Notes under the pieces: generated by a model
Told to the model about the DNA's origin: nothing
Databases searched by the model: none
The model's input: only the letters and a program-made list of their open reading frames with translations
Made by a program: the position numbers and the translations under genes
DNA from: Octopus bimaculoides
Taxonomy: Eukaryota
Direction of reading: 5' to 3'
DNA length: 36,558 nt
Assembly: GCF_001194135.2 (NCBI RefSeq)
Contig: NC_069005.1
Span: forward strand, 18,217,293-18,253,850
Shown here: positions 21,384 to 34,330 of the stretch, in pieces
Numbering within the stretch: position 1 is the stretch's first letter
Layout of the letters: each line of letters starts with the position of its first letter

Positions 21384-21534
21384 CTTTTTCAATTCCCGAA
21401 CGTTATACTAATGCATCTATTTGTTTTCTACACCACCTGTCTCCATAGAAACCAGGAAACCGGACCCATGAGCCTGGCTAGGCTTTGAAAGGGCGACGTT
21501 TATCGTATTATATATACATATATATATATATATG

Positions 21535-22178
21535 TATCATCATCATCATCATCATCGTTTAACGTCCGCTTTCCATGCTAGTACTGGCGGTACTGGCGAC
21601 GGCCACGCTCAAAATGGTGTATTTTATGTGCCACCTGCACAGGAGCCAGTCCATCGGCACTGGCAACGATCTCGCTCGAATGTCTTTTCACGTGCTCTGG
21701 CACAAGTGTCAGGAAGGCGACGAACGATTTTGCTCGAATGTCTTTTCACGTGCCACTTGCACAAGTGCCAGGAAGGTGACGTTGGTAACGATCACACTCA
21801 AATGGTGCTATTTATGTGCCACTAGCACGGAAGCCAGACAGCTGCTCTGGCAACGATCACGCTCGGACGGTGCTCCACTGGTACAGGTGCCATCACAATT
21901 TCGCTTTCACTTGCCCCAACAGGTCTTCGCAAGCCAAATTTAGTGTTCCTACAAATTTAGTTACCTCACCATGTCTTCACAAGTGGAGTTTAGTGTCCAA
22001 TGAAGGAATGTTACGCGTAAGTGGGCTGGCTACATCCCTGGCAGAGGCCTTGGAGTTTGGTCTCACTTGGCTTGCTGGGTCTTCTCACGCACAGCATATT
22101 TCCAAAGGTCACGGTCACAAGTCATTGCCTCGGTGAGGCCTAATATTCGGAGGTCGTGCTTCACCACCTCATTTCCAG
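21535..22178 (-). mobile_element. 5'-truncated RTE LINE (ORF C-terminus + 3' UTR)
   Basis: The minus strand gives EVVKHDLRILGLTEAMTCDRDLWKYAVREKTQQAK*, then the UTR and (GAT)n tail. Confidence 0.9.
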
Positions 22179-25100
22179 TAGGGAAGCTAGGCGACAGGTT
22201 TATTTAGCCAGAGGGGAAGCAGATAAGAAAAAATTTGCCAATGTTCTGCGCCGTGAGGACCAAAGACTTGAAATATTTCGTGTTGCAAGACAGTGTGTGA
22301 GAGAGAATCGTGATGTCGTAGGAGAAAAATGTGTTCACATGGATGATGGCACACTTGCACTAAATGAGGCTGCAAAGAAAGAGGTTTGGAGATGCCACTA
22401 CGAAAGATTGCTCAATAAAGAGAATGAATGGAAGAAAGACAGTCTGCCGAATGTTGACCCAACAGAGGGACCAGCTATCCGAATTGACAGTACCATGGTA
22501 CATAAAGCAATTAAGAGTATGAAGACAGGAAAAGCCCCTGGCCCATCAGGAATCACTGCAGAGATGCTCAAAATATCTGGCAGTATCGGCTATAGCCTAG
22601 TCACCTGTATTGTTAACCAAGTGATACACGAAGGAGTCATACCCAATGACTGGTGTAGCAGCACCATAGTCAACTGCTACAAAGGTAAAGGTGNNNNNNN
22701 NNNNNNNNNNNNNNNNNNNNNNNNNNNNNNNNNNNNNNNNNNNNNNNNNNNNNNNNNNNNNNNNNNNNNNNNNNNNNNNNNNNNNNNNNNNNNNNNNNNN
22801 NNNNNNNNNNNNNNNNNNNNNNNNNNNNNNNNNNNNNNNNNNNNNNNNNNNNNNNNNNNNNNNNNNNNNNNNNNNNNNNNNNNNNNNNNNNNNNNNNNNN
22901 NNNNNNNNNNNNNNNNNNNNNNNNNNNNNNNNNNNNNNNNNNNNNNNNNNNNNNNNNNNNNNNNNNNNNNNNNNNNNNNNNNNNNNNNNNNNNNNNNNNN
23001 NNNNNNNNNNNNNNNNNNNNNNNNNNNNNNNNNNNNNNNNNNNNNNNNNNNNNNNNNNNNNNNNNNNNNNNNNNNNNNNNNNNNNNNNNNNNNNNNNNNN
23101 NNNNNNNNNNNNNNNNNNNNNNNNNNNNNNNNNNNNNNNNNNNNNNNNNNNNNNNNNNNNNNNNNNNNNNNNNNNNNNNNNNNNNNNNNNNNNNNNNNNN
23201 NNNNNNNNNNNNNNNNNNNNNNNNNNNNNNNNNNNNNNNNNNNNNNNNNNNNNNNNNNNNNNNNNNNNNNNNNNNNNNNNNNNNNNNNNNNNNNNNNNNN
23301 NNNNNNNNNNNNNNNNNNNNNNNNNNNNNNNNNNNNNNNNNNNNNNNNNNNNNNNNNNNNNNNNNNNNNNNNNNNNNNNNNNNNNNNNNNNNNNNNNNNN
23401 NNNNNNATGTACAGGGACGCTGTCAGTAAGGTGAGGGTTGGCAACGAGTACAGTGAAGAATTCTGGGTAAAGGTAGGGGTCTACCAAGGTTCAGTCCTCA
23501 GCCCCCTCCTATTTATCATAGTCATCCAGGCGATAACAGAGGAATTCAAGACAGGATGCCCCTGGGAGCTCCTCTATGCTGATGACCTTGCACTAATTGC
23601 TGAGTCACTATCAGAACTAGAGGAGAAGTTTCAGGTGTGGAAGCAGGGACTAGAATCGAAGGACCTTAGAGTCAACCTAGCTAAAACCAAAGTCCTAATA
23701 AGTAGGAAGGTAGACAAAACACAAACCCCTTCAGGTAGATGACCTTGCTCGATCTGTAGAAAAGGTCTACGTAGAAACTATATAAGATGTACCCAGTGCA
23801 AGCTATGGACACAAGAGGTGCACCAATATCAAAGGCAGGTTAACTAGGAAGTTAGTTTTTGTATGTGGCAGATATTTAGGTGCAATAAACACTGAAAATG
23901 TGCAGAAAACAACTTCTGTCACATTCCAGGGAGAAAAACTAGACGTAGTTGATAGCTTCCGTTATTCAGGTGACCAAGTTAGTATTTGGGGTGGGTGCAC
24001 TGAAAGTGTAGCTGCTAGAATAAGAATAGCCTGGGCAAAGTTCAGAGAGCTCTTACCTCTGCTAGCGACAAAGGGCCTCTCACTCAGAGTAAAAGGCAGA
24101 CTGTATGACGCATGTGTACGAACAGCCATGCTACATGGCAGTGAAATATGGGCTGTGACTGCTGAGGACATGCATAAGCTTGCAAGGAATGAAGCCAGTA
24201 AGCTCCGATGGATGAGTAATGTCAGTGTGCACACCCAACAGAGTGTATCTTGAGAGAATAGTTGAACCTAAGAAGCATCAGTTGTGGTGTGCAAGAGAGA
24301 CGATTGCGCTGGTATGGTNNNNNNNNNNNNNNNNNNNNNNNNNNNNNNNNNNNNNNNNNNNNNNNNNNNNNNNNNNNNNNNNNNNNNNNNNNNNNNNNNN
24401 NNNNNNNNNNNNNNNNNNNNNNNNNNNNNNNNNNNNNNNNNNNNNNNNNNNNNNNNNNNNNNNNNNNNNNNNNNNNNNNNNNNNNNNNNNNNNNNNNNNN
24501 NNNNNNNNNNNNNNNNNNNNNNNNNNNNNNNNNNNNNNNNNNNNNNNNNNNNNNNNNNNNNNNNNNNNNNNNNNNNNNNNNNNNNNNNNNNNNNNNNNNN
24601 NNNNNNNNNNNNNNNNNNNNNNNNNNNNNNNNNNNNNNNNNNNNNNNNNNNNNNNNNNNNNNNNNNNNNNNNNNNNNNNNNNNNNNNNNNNNNNNNNNNN
24701 NNNNNNNNNNNNNNNNNNNNNNNNNNNNNNNNNNNNNNNNNNNNNNNNNNNNNNNNNNNNNNNNNNNNNNNNNNNNNNNNNNNNNNNNNNNNNNNNNNNN
24801 NNNNNNNNNNNNNNNNNNNNNNNNNNNNNNNNNNNNNNNNNNNNNNNNNNNNNNNNNNNNNNNNNNNNNNNNNNNNNNNNNNNNNNNNNNNNNNNNNNNN
24901 NNNNNNNNNNNNNNNTGATGGCACCTGTACCAGTGGAGCACTAAGAGCACCGTCTGAGCGTGATCGTTGCCAGAGCAGCTGCCTGGCTTCCGTGCCGGTG
25001 GCACGTAAATAGCACCATTTGAGTGTGATCATTACCAGCGTCACCTTCCTGGCACGTGAAAAGACATTCGAATGAGATCATTGCCAGTGCCGCTGGACTG

Positions 25101-25362
25101 GCTCCTGTGCAGTTGGCACGTAAAATGCACCATTTTGAGCGTGGCCGTTGCCAGTACCGCCTGACTGGCCTTCGTGCCGATGGCACGTAAAAGCACCCAG
25201 CACACTCTCGGAGTGGTTTGCGTTAGGAAGAGCATCCAGCTGTAGAAACTCTGCCAAATCAGATTGGAGCCTGGTGTAGCCACCTGGTTCACCAGTCCTC
25301 AGTCAAATCGTCCAACCCATGCTAGCATGGAAAGCGGACGTTAAACGATGATGATGATGATG
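22175..25362 (+). mobile_element. 5'-truncated RTE LINE (linker, RT, PHD insert, C-terminus, 3' UTR), two N-gaps
   Basis: KAPGPSGI, GVYQGSVLSPLLF, YADD (23575-23586), PCSIC..RCTQCKLWT, FRYSG, LYDACVRTAMLHGSE. It ends ttaaac(gat)n. Confidence 0.93.
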
Positions 25363-25552
25363 ACACTCACACATATTAAGACAGACACATAGGCATACAT
25401 TTACGCACACCTCAGTCCTATCTATGCCCCTCTGTGTCTCTCTCTGTCTTTAGATGTGTGTGTCAGTCATCATAAAAATGTATGTATACTGATACACCCT
25501 CACATACACTCATACACATACTTCTCAGTCATTGGCTTAATGTAATGAATGT

Positions 25553-25556
<4 letters not shown>

Positions 25557-25595
<39 letters not shown>
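25557..25595. repeat. (CA)n microsatellite
   Basis: Direct reading. Confidence 0.95.
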
Positions 25596-25599
<4 letters not shown>

Positions 25600-26419
25600 G
25601 ACACATACACACTCGTATAAAAAATGCAATGTCATGGTTGTGTTATAAAATGTTGTTTACGAAAGTTAACTTATGGAAAGATTATAATGTTAAATTTTTT
25701 TAATTCAAATATGTAAATGAAAATAGAGTTTATTTGGTAGCTGAAAGATTACTGAATCTTTTGATACCCCATACATCAAAATCAGCAACTAAGTTTTTGA
25801 ATGTATAAGGAACATGTGCACATACACACAACTCTGTTTATATATATATATAGATAATAGCAATGTAATCTTAGTATTTCATATGGTGAAAAGAAAATGA
25901 ATGCAAGCGAAGCATGCAAACAGTTGAGAATGTAAAATTTAAAGTAGAGAGCTATAAAATGAAATATTGCAAAACAGTTGTTAACAAAGTGTGTATTTAA
26001 TATGTAAAAACGATGATGAATAAATGAAGAATATTAAATGAAAAAAGACAATAAAACGTAAGCTGTAATAATCCTTTCTAATATAGGTACAAAGGCTAAC
26101 ATAAGCTGTAATAATGCTTTCAAATTTTGGGACAAGGTTAGCAGTTTTAGTGTAGGAGGTAAGTAGATTACTTCGACCCTAGTGCTCAACTGATACTTGA
26201 GCACTAAGAGAAAAATTTCAACACAAAACGTTGTCAGCAACTGAAACAGGTTTAAGACAAAATATTATTAGTATTAAATAACCAGGAAAAAAACACTATT
26301 AATAGTAATAAATATGTAAGAAAAAAACAATGAAGCTTATATCACATACAAAATAGAAAATGAAATTAGACATGTTCGAATATACAATGGTTTGCCAAAA
26401 AAAAAACACGTTATTTTCA

Positions 26420-28725
26420 CACATGCATCGACCATGTTCAGATGGTGTTTTTTATGTGCCACCGACATTAGGAATCAGTCAGGCAGCACTGGCATCAACC
26501 CATGCTTGAATAGTGCTTATTACGTGCCACCAGCACGGGTGCCAGTCAGGCAGCACTGGCATTGGCCATGGCTACAATTTCACTTGACTCAACAGGTCTT
26601 GTTAAGCACAGCATGTTGCCTGGCAATTCAAGGGTACTTTTAAATGGGCTGGTTATGCAACACTGGTATCGGCCACAGCTATATCTCACTTTACTTGCCG
26701 GGTCTTCTCAACCACAGCATATCTCCAAAAGTCTCAGTCTCTTGTCATTGCCTTCGGGACGCCCAATGTTTGAAGGTCGTGCTTCACCAATTTATCCCAT
26801 GTCTTCCTGGGTTTCCCGCTTCCACAGGTTCCTTCCACTGTTAGGGTGTGATACTTCTTCACACAGCTGTCTTTATCCATACACAGCACATGGCCATACC
26901 AGCGCAGTCATCTCACTAACATACCACAACTGATACTTCTTATGTCCAACATTTCTCTCAGGGCACTTACACTCTGTCGTGTATGCACTGACATTACACA
27001 TCCAGTAGATCATACCAGCTTCATTTCTTTCAAGCCAACACATGTCCTTAGCAGTCATGGCCCGTGTTTCACTGCTGTGTAACATGGCTGTTCACACATA
27101 GGCATCATACAGTCTATCTTTTACTCTGTGTGAGAGGCCCTTTGTTACCAGCAGAGGTAAGAGCTTTTTAAACTTTGTCCAGGCTATTCTTATTCTAGTG
27201 GCTATACCCTCCAAGCATCCTCCCCCACTACAGACTTGGTCACCTAGGTAGTGGAAGCTATCAACTACTTCCAGTTTCTCCCCCTGGTATGTGATGGAAT
27301 CTGTTTTCTGTTCATTTTCCATATTTATTGCCCTTGTGCCATATGCCACAAAAAACTATCTTCCCAGTTAACCTTCCTTTGATATTGCTGCACCTCTTAT
27401 GTGTCCATAGCTTACACTGGGTACATCTTATGGAGCTTCTACCTATGCCTTTTCTACAGATTGAGCAGGGCCATCTACCTGAAAGTGTTTGTGATTTGTC
27501 CATTTTCCTACTTACTAGGACTTTGGTTCTTGCTAGATTGACTCTAAGGCCCTTTGATTCTAAGCCTTGCTTCCACACTTGAAACTTCATCTCTAGTTCT
27601 GGTAGTAACTCAGCTATTAGAGCAAGGCCATCAGCATAGAGGAGCCCCCAGGGGTAGCCTGTCTTGAATTCCTCTGTTATTGCCTGCAGGACTATGATGA
27701 ATAAGTGGGAGCTGAGGACTGGTCCTTGGTGAACCCCTACTTCTACCCTGAATTCATCACTATACTTATTGACAACCCTCACCTGACAGCGTCCCTGTAC
27801 AGGGCTTGTACAGCTCTTGCCAACCACTCGTTTATTTCTAGTTTCTGCATTGACCACCAGACAAGGGATTGGGGAAGTCTGTCAAAGGCTTTCCCCAAGT
27901 CAACAAAAGCCAAGTACAGAGGTTTATCTTTGGCTAGGTATTTCTCCTGCAATTGCTTTACCAGAAATATAGCATCAGTGGTGCTTCTACCTGGCACAAA
28001 ACCAAACTTGCATCTCATCTAGGCTAACTCTCTCCCTAATTAGTTGGGCTATGATCCTTTCCATGGCTTTCATCACTTGATCCAGCAATTTGATATCCCT
28101 GTAGTAATTTCTATCTAAAGCATCACCTTTACCTTTGTAGCAGTTGACTATTGTGTTGCTACACCAGTCATTGGGTATGACTCCTTTGTGAACTACCTGA
28201 TTTACAATACGGGTGACTAGACCATAACCCACACCACCAGCTATTTTAAACATCTCAGTGGTGATTCCTGATGTCCTGGGGGCTTTCCCTGCTTTCATAT
28301 CTTTAATTGCTTTATCTAACAAGGTACTGTTGATGCAACCCTCAATTGGGTCAATATTTGGCAGGCTCTCCTTCTCTCATTCATTCTCCATGCTCAGCAG
28401 ACTTTCCTAATGGCATTTCCAAGCCTCTTTCTTTGCAGAATCATCAAACACAAGTGCACCATCATCCATGCGGACACATTTCTCTCTTATGACATCACAG
28501 TTTTCTCTCATACGTCTTGCAATCTGAAATACTTCAGTTCTTTGGTCCTCACTTCACTGAACATTGGCAAACTTCTTCTTTTCTGCTTCTCCATTGGCAT
28601 ATAAACCTGTCTCCAGTATTATTCCACCATCACGTGGTCTGGAAGGAACTTTGCCCCAGTCAGATTTGGTCTGGGGCACTCAGTAAGCTGTCATGCAGGA
28701 ATTTCCAGTTGCCCTCTATGTTGCA
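26420..28725 (-). mobile_element. Decayed RTE LINE (diverged subfamily copy)
   Basis: Minus-strand pieces: KAPRTSGI, NCYKGKGDALDRNYYRDIKLLD, FGFVPGRSTTDAIF, AFVDLGKAFD, GVHQGPVLS, YADG, WPCSICRK..CTQCKLWTHKRC, FHYLGD. Confidence 0.92.
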
Positions 28726-28874
28726 CACACACATATCATCATCATCATCATTGTTTATTATATATATTTATATATATATAAAAGCATGTAAATATTGGAT
28801 TGAAAAAATCAGAGGCTGTCTGAAAGAGTTTTCTTCAATCCAATATTTATATGTTGTTATTTATAGCCTTATGT

Positions 28875-29090
28875 AAGACAGTGAGTTGGCAGAATTGTTA
28901 GCACTCTGGGCAAAATGCTTAGTTGTATTTCATCTGTCTTCGTGTTCTGAGTTCAAATTCCGCCGAGGTTGACCTTGCATTTCATCCTTTTGGGTCGATA
29001 AATTAAGTACCAATGAAATACTGGGGTCGATGCAATCGACTTAACTCTTCCCCAAAATTTCGGGCATTGTGCCTAGAAGAGAAAGGATTC
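28875..29090 (+). mobile_element. tRNA-derived SINE
   Basis: gagttggcagaattgttagc...gagttcaaattccgccgagg. Same family as 14319-14540. Confidence 0.88.
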
Positions 29091-29175
29091 ATAGTTTTAT
29101 GTGGTGTGCCTTGAGAGCCAATATTCCCAAAAAGAATTTTTCCATGTTCTCTCAAATGTTTGTATATTATGACAT

Positions 29176-29211
<36 letters not shown>

Positions 29212-29603
29212 NNNNNNNNNNNNNNNNNNNNNNNNNNNNNNNNNNNNNNNNNNNNNNNNNNNNNNNNNNNNNNNNNNNNNNNNNNNNNNNNNNNNNNNNN
29301 NNNNNNNNNNNNNNNNNNNNNNNNNNNNNNNNNNNNNNNNNNNNNNNNNNNNNNNNNNNNNNNNNNNNNNNNNNNNNNNNNNNNNNNNNNNNNNNNNNNN
29401 NNNNNNNNNNNNNNNNNNNNNNNNNNNNNNNNNNNNNNNNNNNNNNNNNNNNNNNNNNNNNNNNNNNNNNNNNNNNNNNNNNNNNNNNNNNNNNNNNNNN
29501 NNNNNNNNNNNNNNNNNNNNNNNNNNNNNNNNNNNNNNNNNNNNNNNNNNNNNNNNNNNNNNNNNNNNNNNNNNNNNNNNNNNNNNNNNNNNNNNNNNNN
29601 NNN

Positions 29604-29859
29604 GGCACATAAAAGACACCATTTCGAGCATGGCTGTTGCCAGTATCGCCTGACTGGCCTTCGTGTGGGTGACATGTAAAAGCACCTACTACACTCTCTG
29701 AGTGGTTGGCGTTAGGAAGGGCATCCAGCTGTAGAAACTCTGCCAAATTTAGATTGGAGCCTGGTGTTGCCATCCGGTTTCACCAGTCCTCAGTCAAATC
29801 GTCCAACCCATGCTAGCATGGAAAGCGGACGTTAAACGATGATGATGATGATGATGATG
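29604..29859 (+). mobile_element. RTE LINE 3' end with (GAT)n tail
   Basis: Matches 25130-25362. Confidence 0.9.
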
Positions 29860-29892
<33 letters not shown>

Positions 29893-30414
29893 TACATACA
29901 TACACACACACACACAAATGTATATATGGTGGAAACGAGTAAAGAAGGAATGGATATTTTCGAAAAGAATGCACATTTTAGATAGCAAATTTAAGCAAGC
30001 TTCTTGAAGATGCACTGCCATTATAGTGAATAAGGGAAGCTTGGTTTGCAGTATATTCGAATGTCTATGTTTATCAAGGGTTGGGCTCATTAGTCACCAG
30101 CGGAGCCACAAGTGTAAAGTATAAATTTATCTGAGGACACAAAGTTCTTAATTGTCAGTGGTGGTATATTCCTTGGCCATGAGTGGATATCCCTCACATG
30201 CACACACATATATTCTTCCAAAGTTTAGTTGATTTTAGCAGGTTTTTGAATGAGGAATGTAATTAAATCTTATAATGTACATTTTATCTCGTGCTTTACT
30301 GTAGGGGTTGTGAATATTGATTATATAAACTCTCAGTCCTTGACTGGTATCTTGTTTTAGTGAACACTTCAAATGAAAGGTACTGTGGGTTTCAGCAAGA
30401 TTTTAACAATAGAC

Positions 30415-30472
30415 ACAAGTGTGGCTGTGTGGTAAGAAGCTTGCTTCCCAACCACATGGTTCCGGTTTCACT
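30415..30472 (+). mobile_element. tRNA-derived SINE head fragment
   Basis: gtggctgtgtggtaagaagcttgcttcccaaccacatggttcc. Confidence 0.8.
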
Positions 30473-30624
30473 CTGTTTTCTTGAAATCTATTGAATAATG
30501 CATTCTAATAACCCTTAACCCCCTTAATCTATAAAATTTCCATAATTATATTATATATTTACCCTATAATGGAAGGAAGGTTTTTATGATACTTTTGGGG
30601 TATCTTCTTCCATTATAATTATTC

Positions 30625-31151
30625 TGTTGATTCAAGGCGCTGGAAATATGAAGAATGAAGTTCTCAGGCGGAGTAAATTCAATAACCGTTTATTCATAGG
30701 TGCTTCGTATAAGGGGTTTGCTTTCAGTAACCATCTTCCCAGCAGTGCATAGTTAGCCTTCTCTCCCATACACGTGAGGTTCAATAACCTCTGGAGACAA
30801 TGCATCTGGTATCATAGTGGGACAAAAGTCTGCTGTGAGCTCCTGGCTACGAAGTGNNNNNNNNNNTAACCGTTTATTCATAGGTGCTTCGTATAAGGGG
30901 TTTGCTTTCAGTAACCATCTTCCCAGCAGTGCATAGTTAGCCTTCTCTCCCATACACGTGAGGTTCAATAACCTCTGGAGACAATGCATCTGGTATCATA
31001 GTGGGACAAAAGTCTGCTGTGAGCTCCTGGCTACGAAGTGTTTTCAGCATGAGGAAAATGAGAGGGAAAATGTTGTCTTTTCCTTAAATAATGGTTTTAG
31101 GCAAGATCTCACTGTTTCAAAATGGCACTGGCTTCTTTGTGCCTTGCTACA
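30625..31151 (-). mobile_element. 3' LTR of Gypsy element (~343 bp after removing an assembly duplication)
   Basis: The minus strand starts TGTAGC immediately after a purine-rich PPT-like tract (caggagagagcccc, 31152-31165). It contains AATAAA and plausibly ends ...TCAACA at 30625 (this end is less certain). Similarity to 35925-35990 stops exactly at the TGTAG boundary. Confidence 0.7.
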
Positions 31152-31399
31152 GGGGCTCTCTCCTGAGATCGCCAGTGCAAAAATAGAGAATAACTGGAGC
31201 AGGCACAAGAAAAGATGGTAACTGATAGCAAACAACGAGATATGGTACAAAAATATGACAAGTCAAAAAGAAAAAATAATTGCAAGAAATATAAATTGAT
31301 ATGCACAAAATTTGACAAAATGTTCAATGGCAGAGTATTGGAATTGTTCAGTAACACAAGAAAGCAATTGTCTGTCACAAGAAACACAAATGAGATTGC

Positions 31400-33185
31400 C
31401 AGATATAAATAGTTTTGGTAAGTTTTTTGGGCCAATGCACAGCGTTGGCCTGTCCTGGTTACATAAGGTTTGTTTGTGCTAGGTCGTGACAACAAAGGTA
31501 TAGGTGATGGTGTGGTCAAAGGTGCATATGCGGGTGGATGTGTAGGTGGTTGTAAAGGATCAAAAGTGGGCATGGCCAGTGTCATCAAAGGGTGTGGAAA
31601 CCTCAAAATATGCCTTTTTAAGTCTGTTGACTGACACGGTCTCTGCCCGACCATTGATGTTGAGACTAAAAGTTTTGGGTGTGCGTGATAGCACACGAAA
31701 CGCCCCTTTATAGAGAGAAACGAGCAGTCCTCTAACAATCATCCTGAATAAAAACATGAGTCCACTTGTCAATGTCGGTGGGACGTGAGAGGGAATAGAT
31801 TGGTCACGTGGATACATTAGTGAAAGACTTGAGATATACGAGCAAAGTCTGGTGACATATGACATTGGATCAAGATGCGATGAATTGGCTGGTGCTAACA
31901 TTGTACCAGGAAGTGCCAAGGTGGTACCGTTTGGCAGAGGATAAACCTAAGTCTGTCTTAATGGCAGTGCGACAACCAAGAAGAATGATAGGCAGGAATT
32001 CTGTCCTGGAGTGGCGTGTAGAGTGGCCTTAATTGCCTGTGAAAACGTTCAACCATCCTGTTGGAAGCTGGATGTTAGCTGATCATATGAATGTGAACAC
32101 CTAGGATTTGTGATAATTCATGAAATAAGGAAGCTTTGAACTGGTGTCCATGGTCAGTGGTTATCCTAGCTGGAACACCAAAACAAGCAATCCAATTAGA
32201 AATGAAAGCTCTAGCAACTGACTCAACGGAAATGTCCACTATTGGAATGGCTTCAGGCCAACAAGAGAAACGATCAGTGCATGTCAGTATGTAAGAGAAA
32301 CCACGACTGACAGGCCATGGTCCAATCAGATCAATGTGGACATGGCGAAAGCGAGTCTCCGGTGGAGAAAGCTGTCCATGAGGAGCATGAATGTGCCAAT
32401 GGATTTTAGAACACTAGCATTTCACACAAGAGTGTACCCAAGCATATTAGGCCAGACAAACCAAGCTGTAATAAGCTTCACCAAGGCAGCGATTCCAGGA
32501 TTTGACAGTGAATGCAAGGCATCAAAAATGGAATGCTGGTGGTTCACAGGTACAAGTAGCTGTGTCACAAAGGATTGTGCCTTCAGCAGACGGAAGTGGA
32601 AGACAGGCAAACTTGCAACAGGACAACTTGGTAGAAATTAGATCCAATGTGTCCAGAGCTGGTTGATCCTGCACAATGGCAGTTAAATCGATTGCAGCAG
32701 GAAATGAAAGAGTGTGTCAGCATATACGTTCTCTTTTTCAGGTATATGCCGAATGTCACTTGTAAATTGGGAAATGTAGTCCAGGTGGCGAAAAGCACGA
32801 GGCAAGTGTCTGTCTGATTTAGATGACAGAGCAAATGTAAGAGGTCTGTGATCAGTATAAATCACAAAATCTCGGCCCTCGAGTTGATGTTGAAAATAAT
32901 GAACCGACAGGTAGATCGCTAAGAGTTCACGATCAAACGTACTGTAACGATGTTCAGCTGGCTTTAATTGATGAGAAAAGAATGCCAGAGGTTGAGTTTG
33001 ATTAGTGACTGTATGTTGTAAAACAGCACCGACTGCAGAATGCAATGCATCAACTGTTAAAGAGAGACAAGTGTCAGGAACTGGATGTGCAAGCAAAGGA
33101 ACAGAAGCTATTTACTTCTTGATTGACTCAAAAGAAGATAATGCCTTGGTAGATAAAGTGATAAGAGAATAGTTACAGATAATAA
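31400..33185 (-). mobile_element. Ty3/Gypsy pol remnant (RT connection, RNase H, integrase), pseudogenised
   Basis: LAHP, DALHSAVGAVLQ, PLAFFS, YSTFDRELLAIY, YTDHRPL, ENVYADTL, zinc-binding FDALHSLSNPG..FVWP, HVHIDLIGP, YKGAFRVLSR, ETVSVNRLKKAY, HWPKK. Domain order is RH then IN. Confidence 0.93.
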
Positions 33186-33189
33186 CATG

Positions 33190-34330
33190 TCTAGGAATTC
33201 TTTTCAATATACCAACATAATTATTTTATTTTATTCTATATCCTTATTTACATCTCTTTTATACCTTTTATATCTTTCTGTAAAGAAATATTCTATAAAT
33301 TTTTTATATTTTATATTATTAAATTTTACGTGTTTATAGTTACCCTCTTATTCATTTATGTGGCTTCTATAGCTAATAAAGGGTTTGGCAGTTTATAATT
33401 TCTTTTCATAAAACTCACTGTATAATTTTATATCTTTTTTATATTTGTAATTACATATATTTCATAATTTTTTGTATATTTATATTTGATATCTTCATTC
33501 ATCTGTATATCCTTTCATAAACTTTCTTAGTGTTTATAATTTATAAACAATTTTTCTTTTGATAATTTATAAAGAATTTTTATATAATTTGCTAGATAGG
33601 GGAATTCTTATTTTAGTAGATTTTTTGATCATTCAATATATTCATTAAGTGTTTACATGCCCAAATTGGTTTAAGTATTGTATCTGAATGTACTCCCTTA
33701 TACATTTAGTATATCTCTAATTCAATTACCCTATATATTGGATACCATCTTTATGATATTTTATCCACCCATAATGAAGAGAATAGTTCTTATATTAGTT
33801 TAAAATATACTATGTATTTCTATATCATATGATAATTAGATTCCATAATACACTCATTATAGAATGTTTTTATCATGATCTTCTATACACTATGTTTTGG
33901 TAAAATCTTAATAGTTTTTCTTATATACTGAAGTATCCCATTATTAGGGTTTAAATTTAATTTCTATCTTTATTCTATATATTGATTTGAATTTTCTCAA
34001 TTTAATATTATAAATTTGCTACGTTATATTTCACTACCTCCTGTATCCTTCAATTCTAAATTCCACCCATAAGGTTTATATTACTTATCACTTTTGGTTT
34101 TTCATTATATTCCCCTTTAATATGAAAATCAAAATAAGTAGTGGCCACCCCCATCCTTCTTTATTCCATTTATCACCCCTTCCCCAATCAGGCATTCCCT
34201 TACTATTACCTTTATGACCTACCCTTTTGTGTTGATAAAGCTAGCTATATGGTTCCAGTACATTGAGAGTCTAGTAGATTGTCTGACATTAATTGATTTA
34301 TCACCATTAACTAGAATACAGTTGACAACT
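33190..34330 (-). mobile_element. Very decayed, AT-rich APE-endonuclease/linker remnant of a non-LTR (RTE-like) element
   Basis: Motif ghosts in the correct order and approximate spacing: SINVRQ (~34290), RRMGVAT (~34150), TLIMGYFSI (~33935, GDFN-like) and KPFIS (~33380). Many stops and frameshifts. Confidence 0.45.

Noticed and set aside
30683-31040. Perfect 174-bp tandem duplication (30683-30856 / 30867-31040)
   Set aside because: The copies are identical and flank a 10-N gap, which is a typical unmerged contig overlap artefact.
30648-31420. Long stop-sparse + strand frame ending at a GTAAGT
   Set aside because: Explained as the antisense of the Gypsy 3' LTR, 3' UTR and integrase tail (HWPKK).
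32728-32747. Polypyrimidine-CAG|GTATAT as a recursive splice site
   Set aside because: The donor half is weak and the site lies within antisense Gypsy sequence. No support without saw-tooth RNA-seq.
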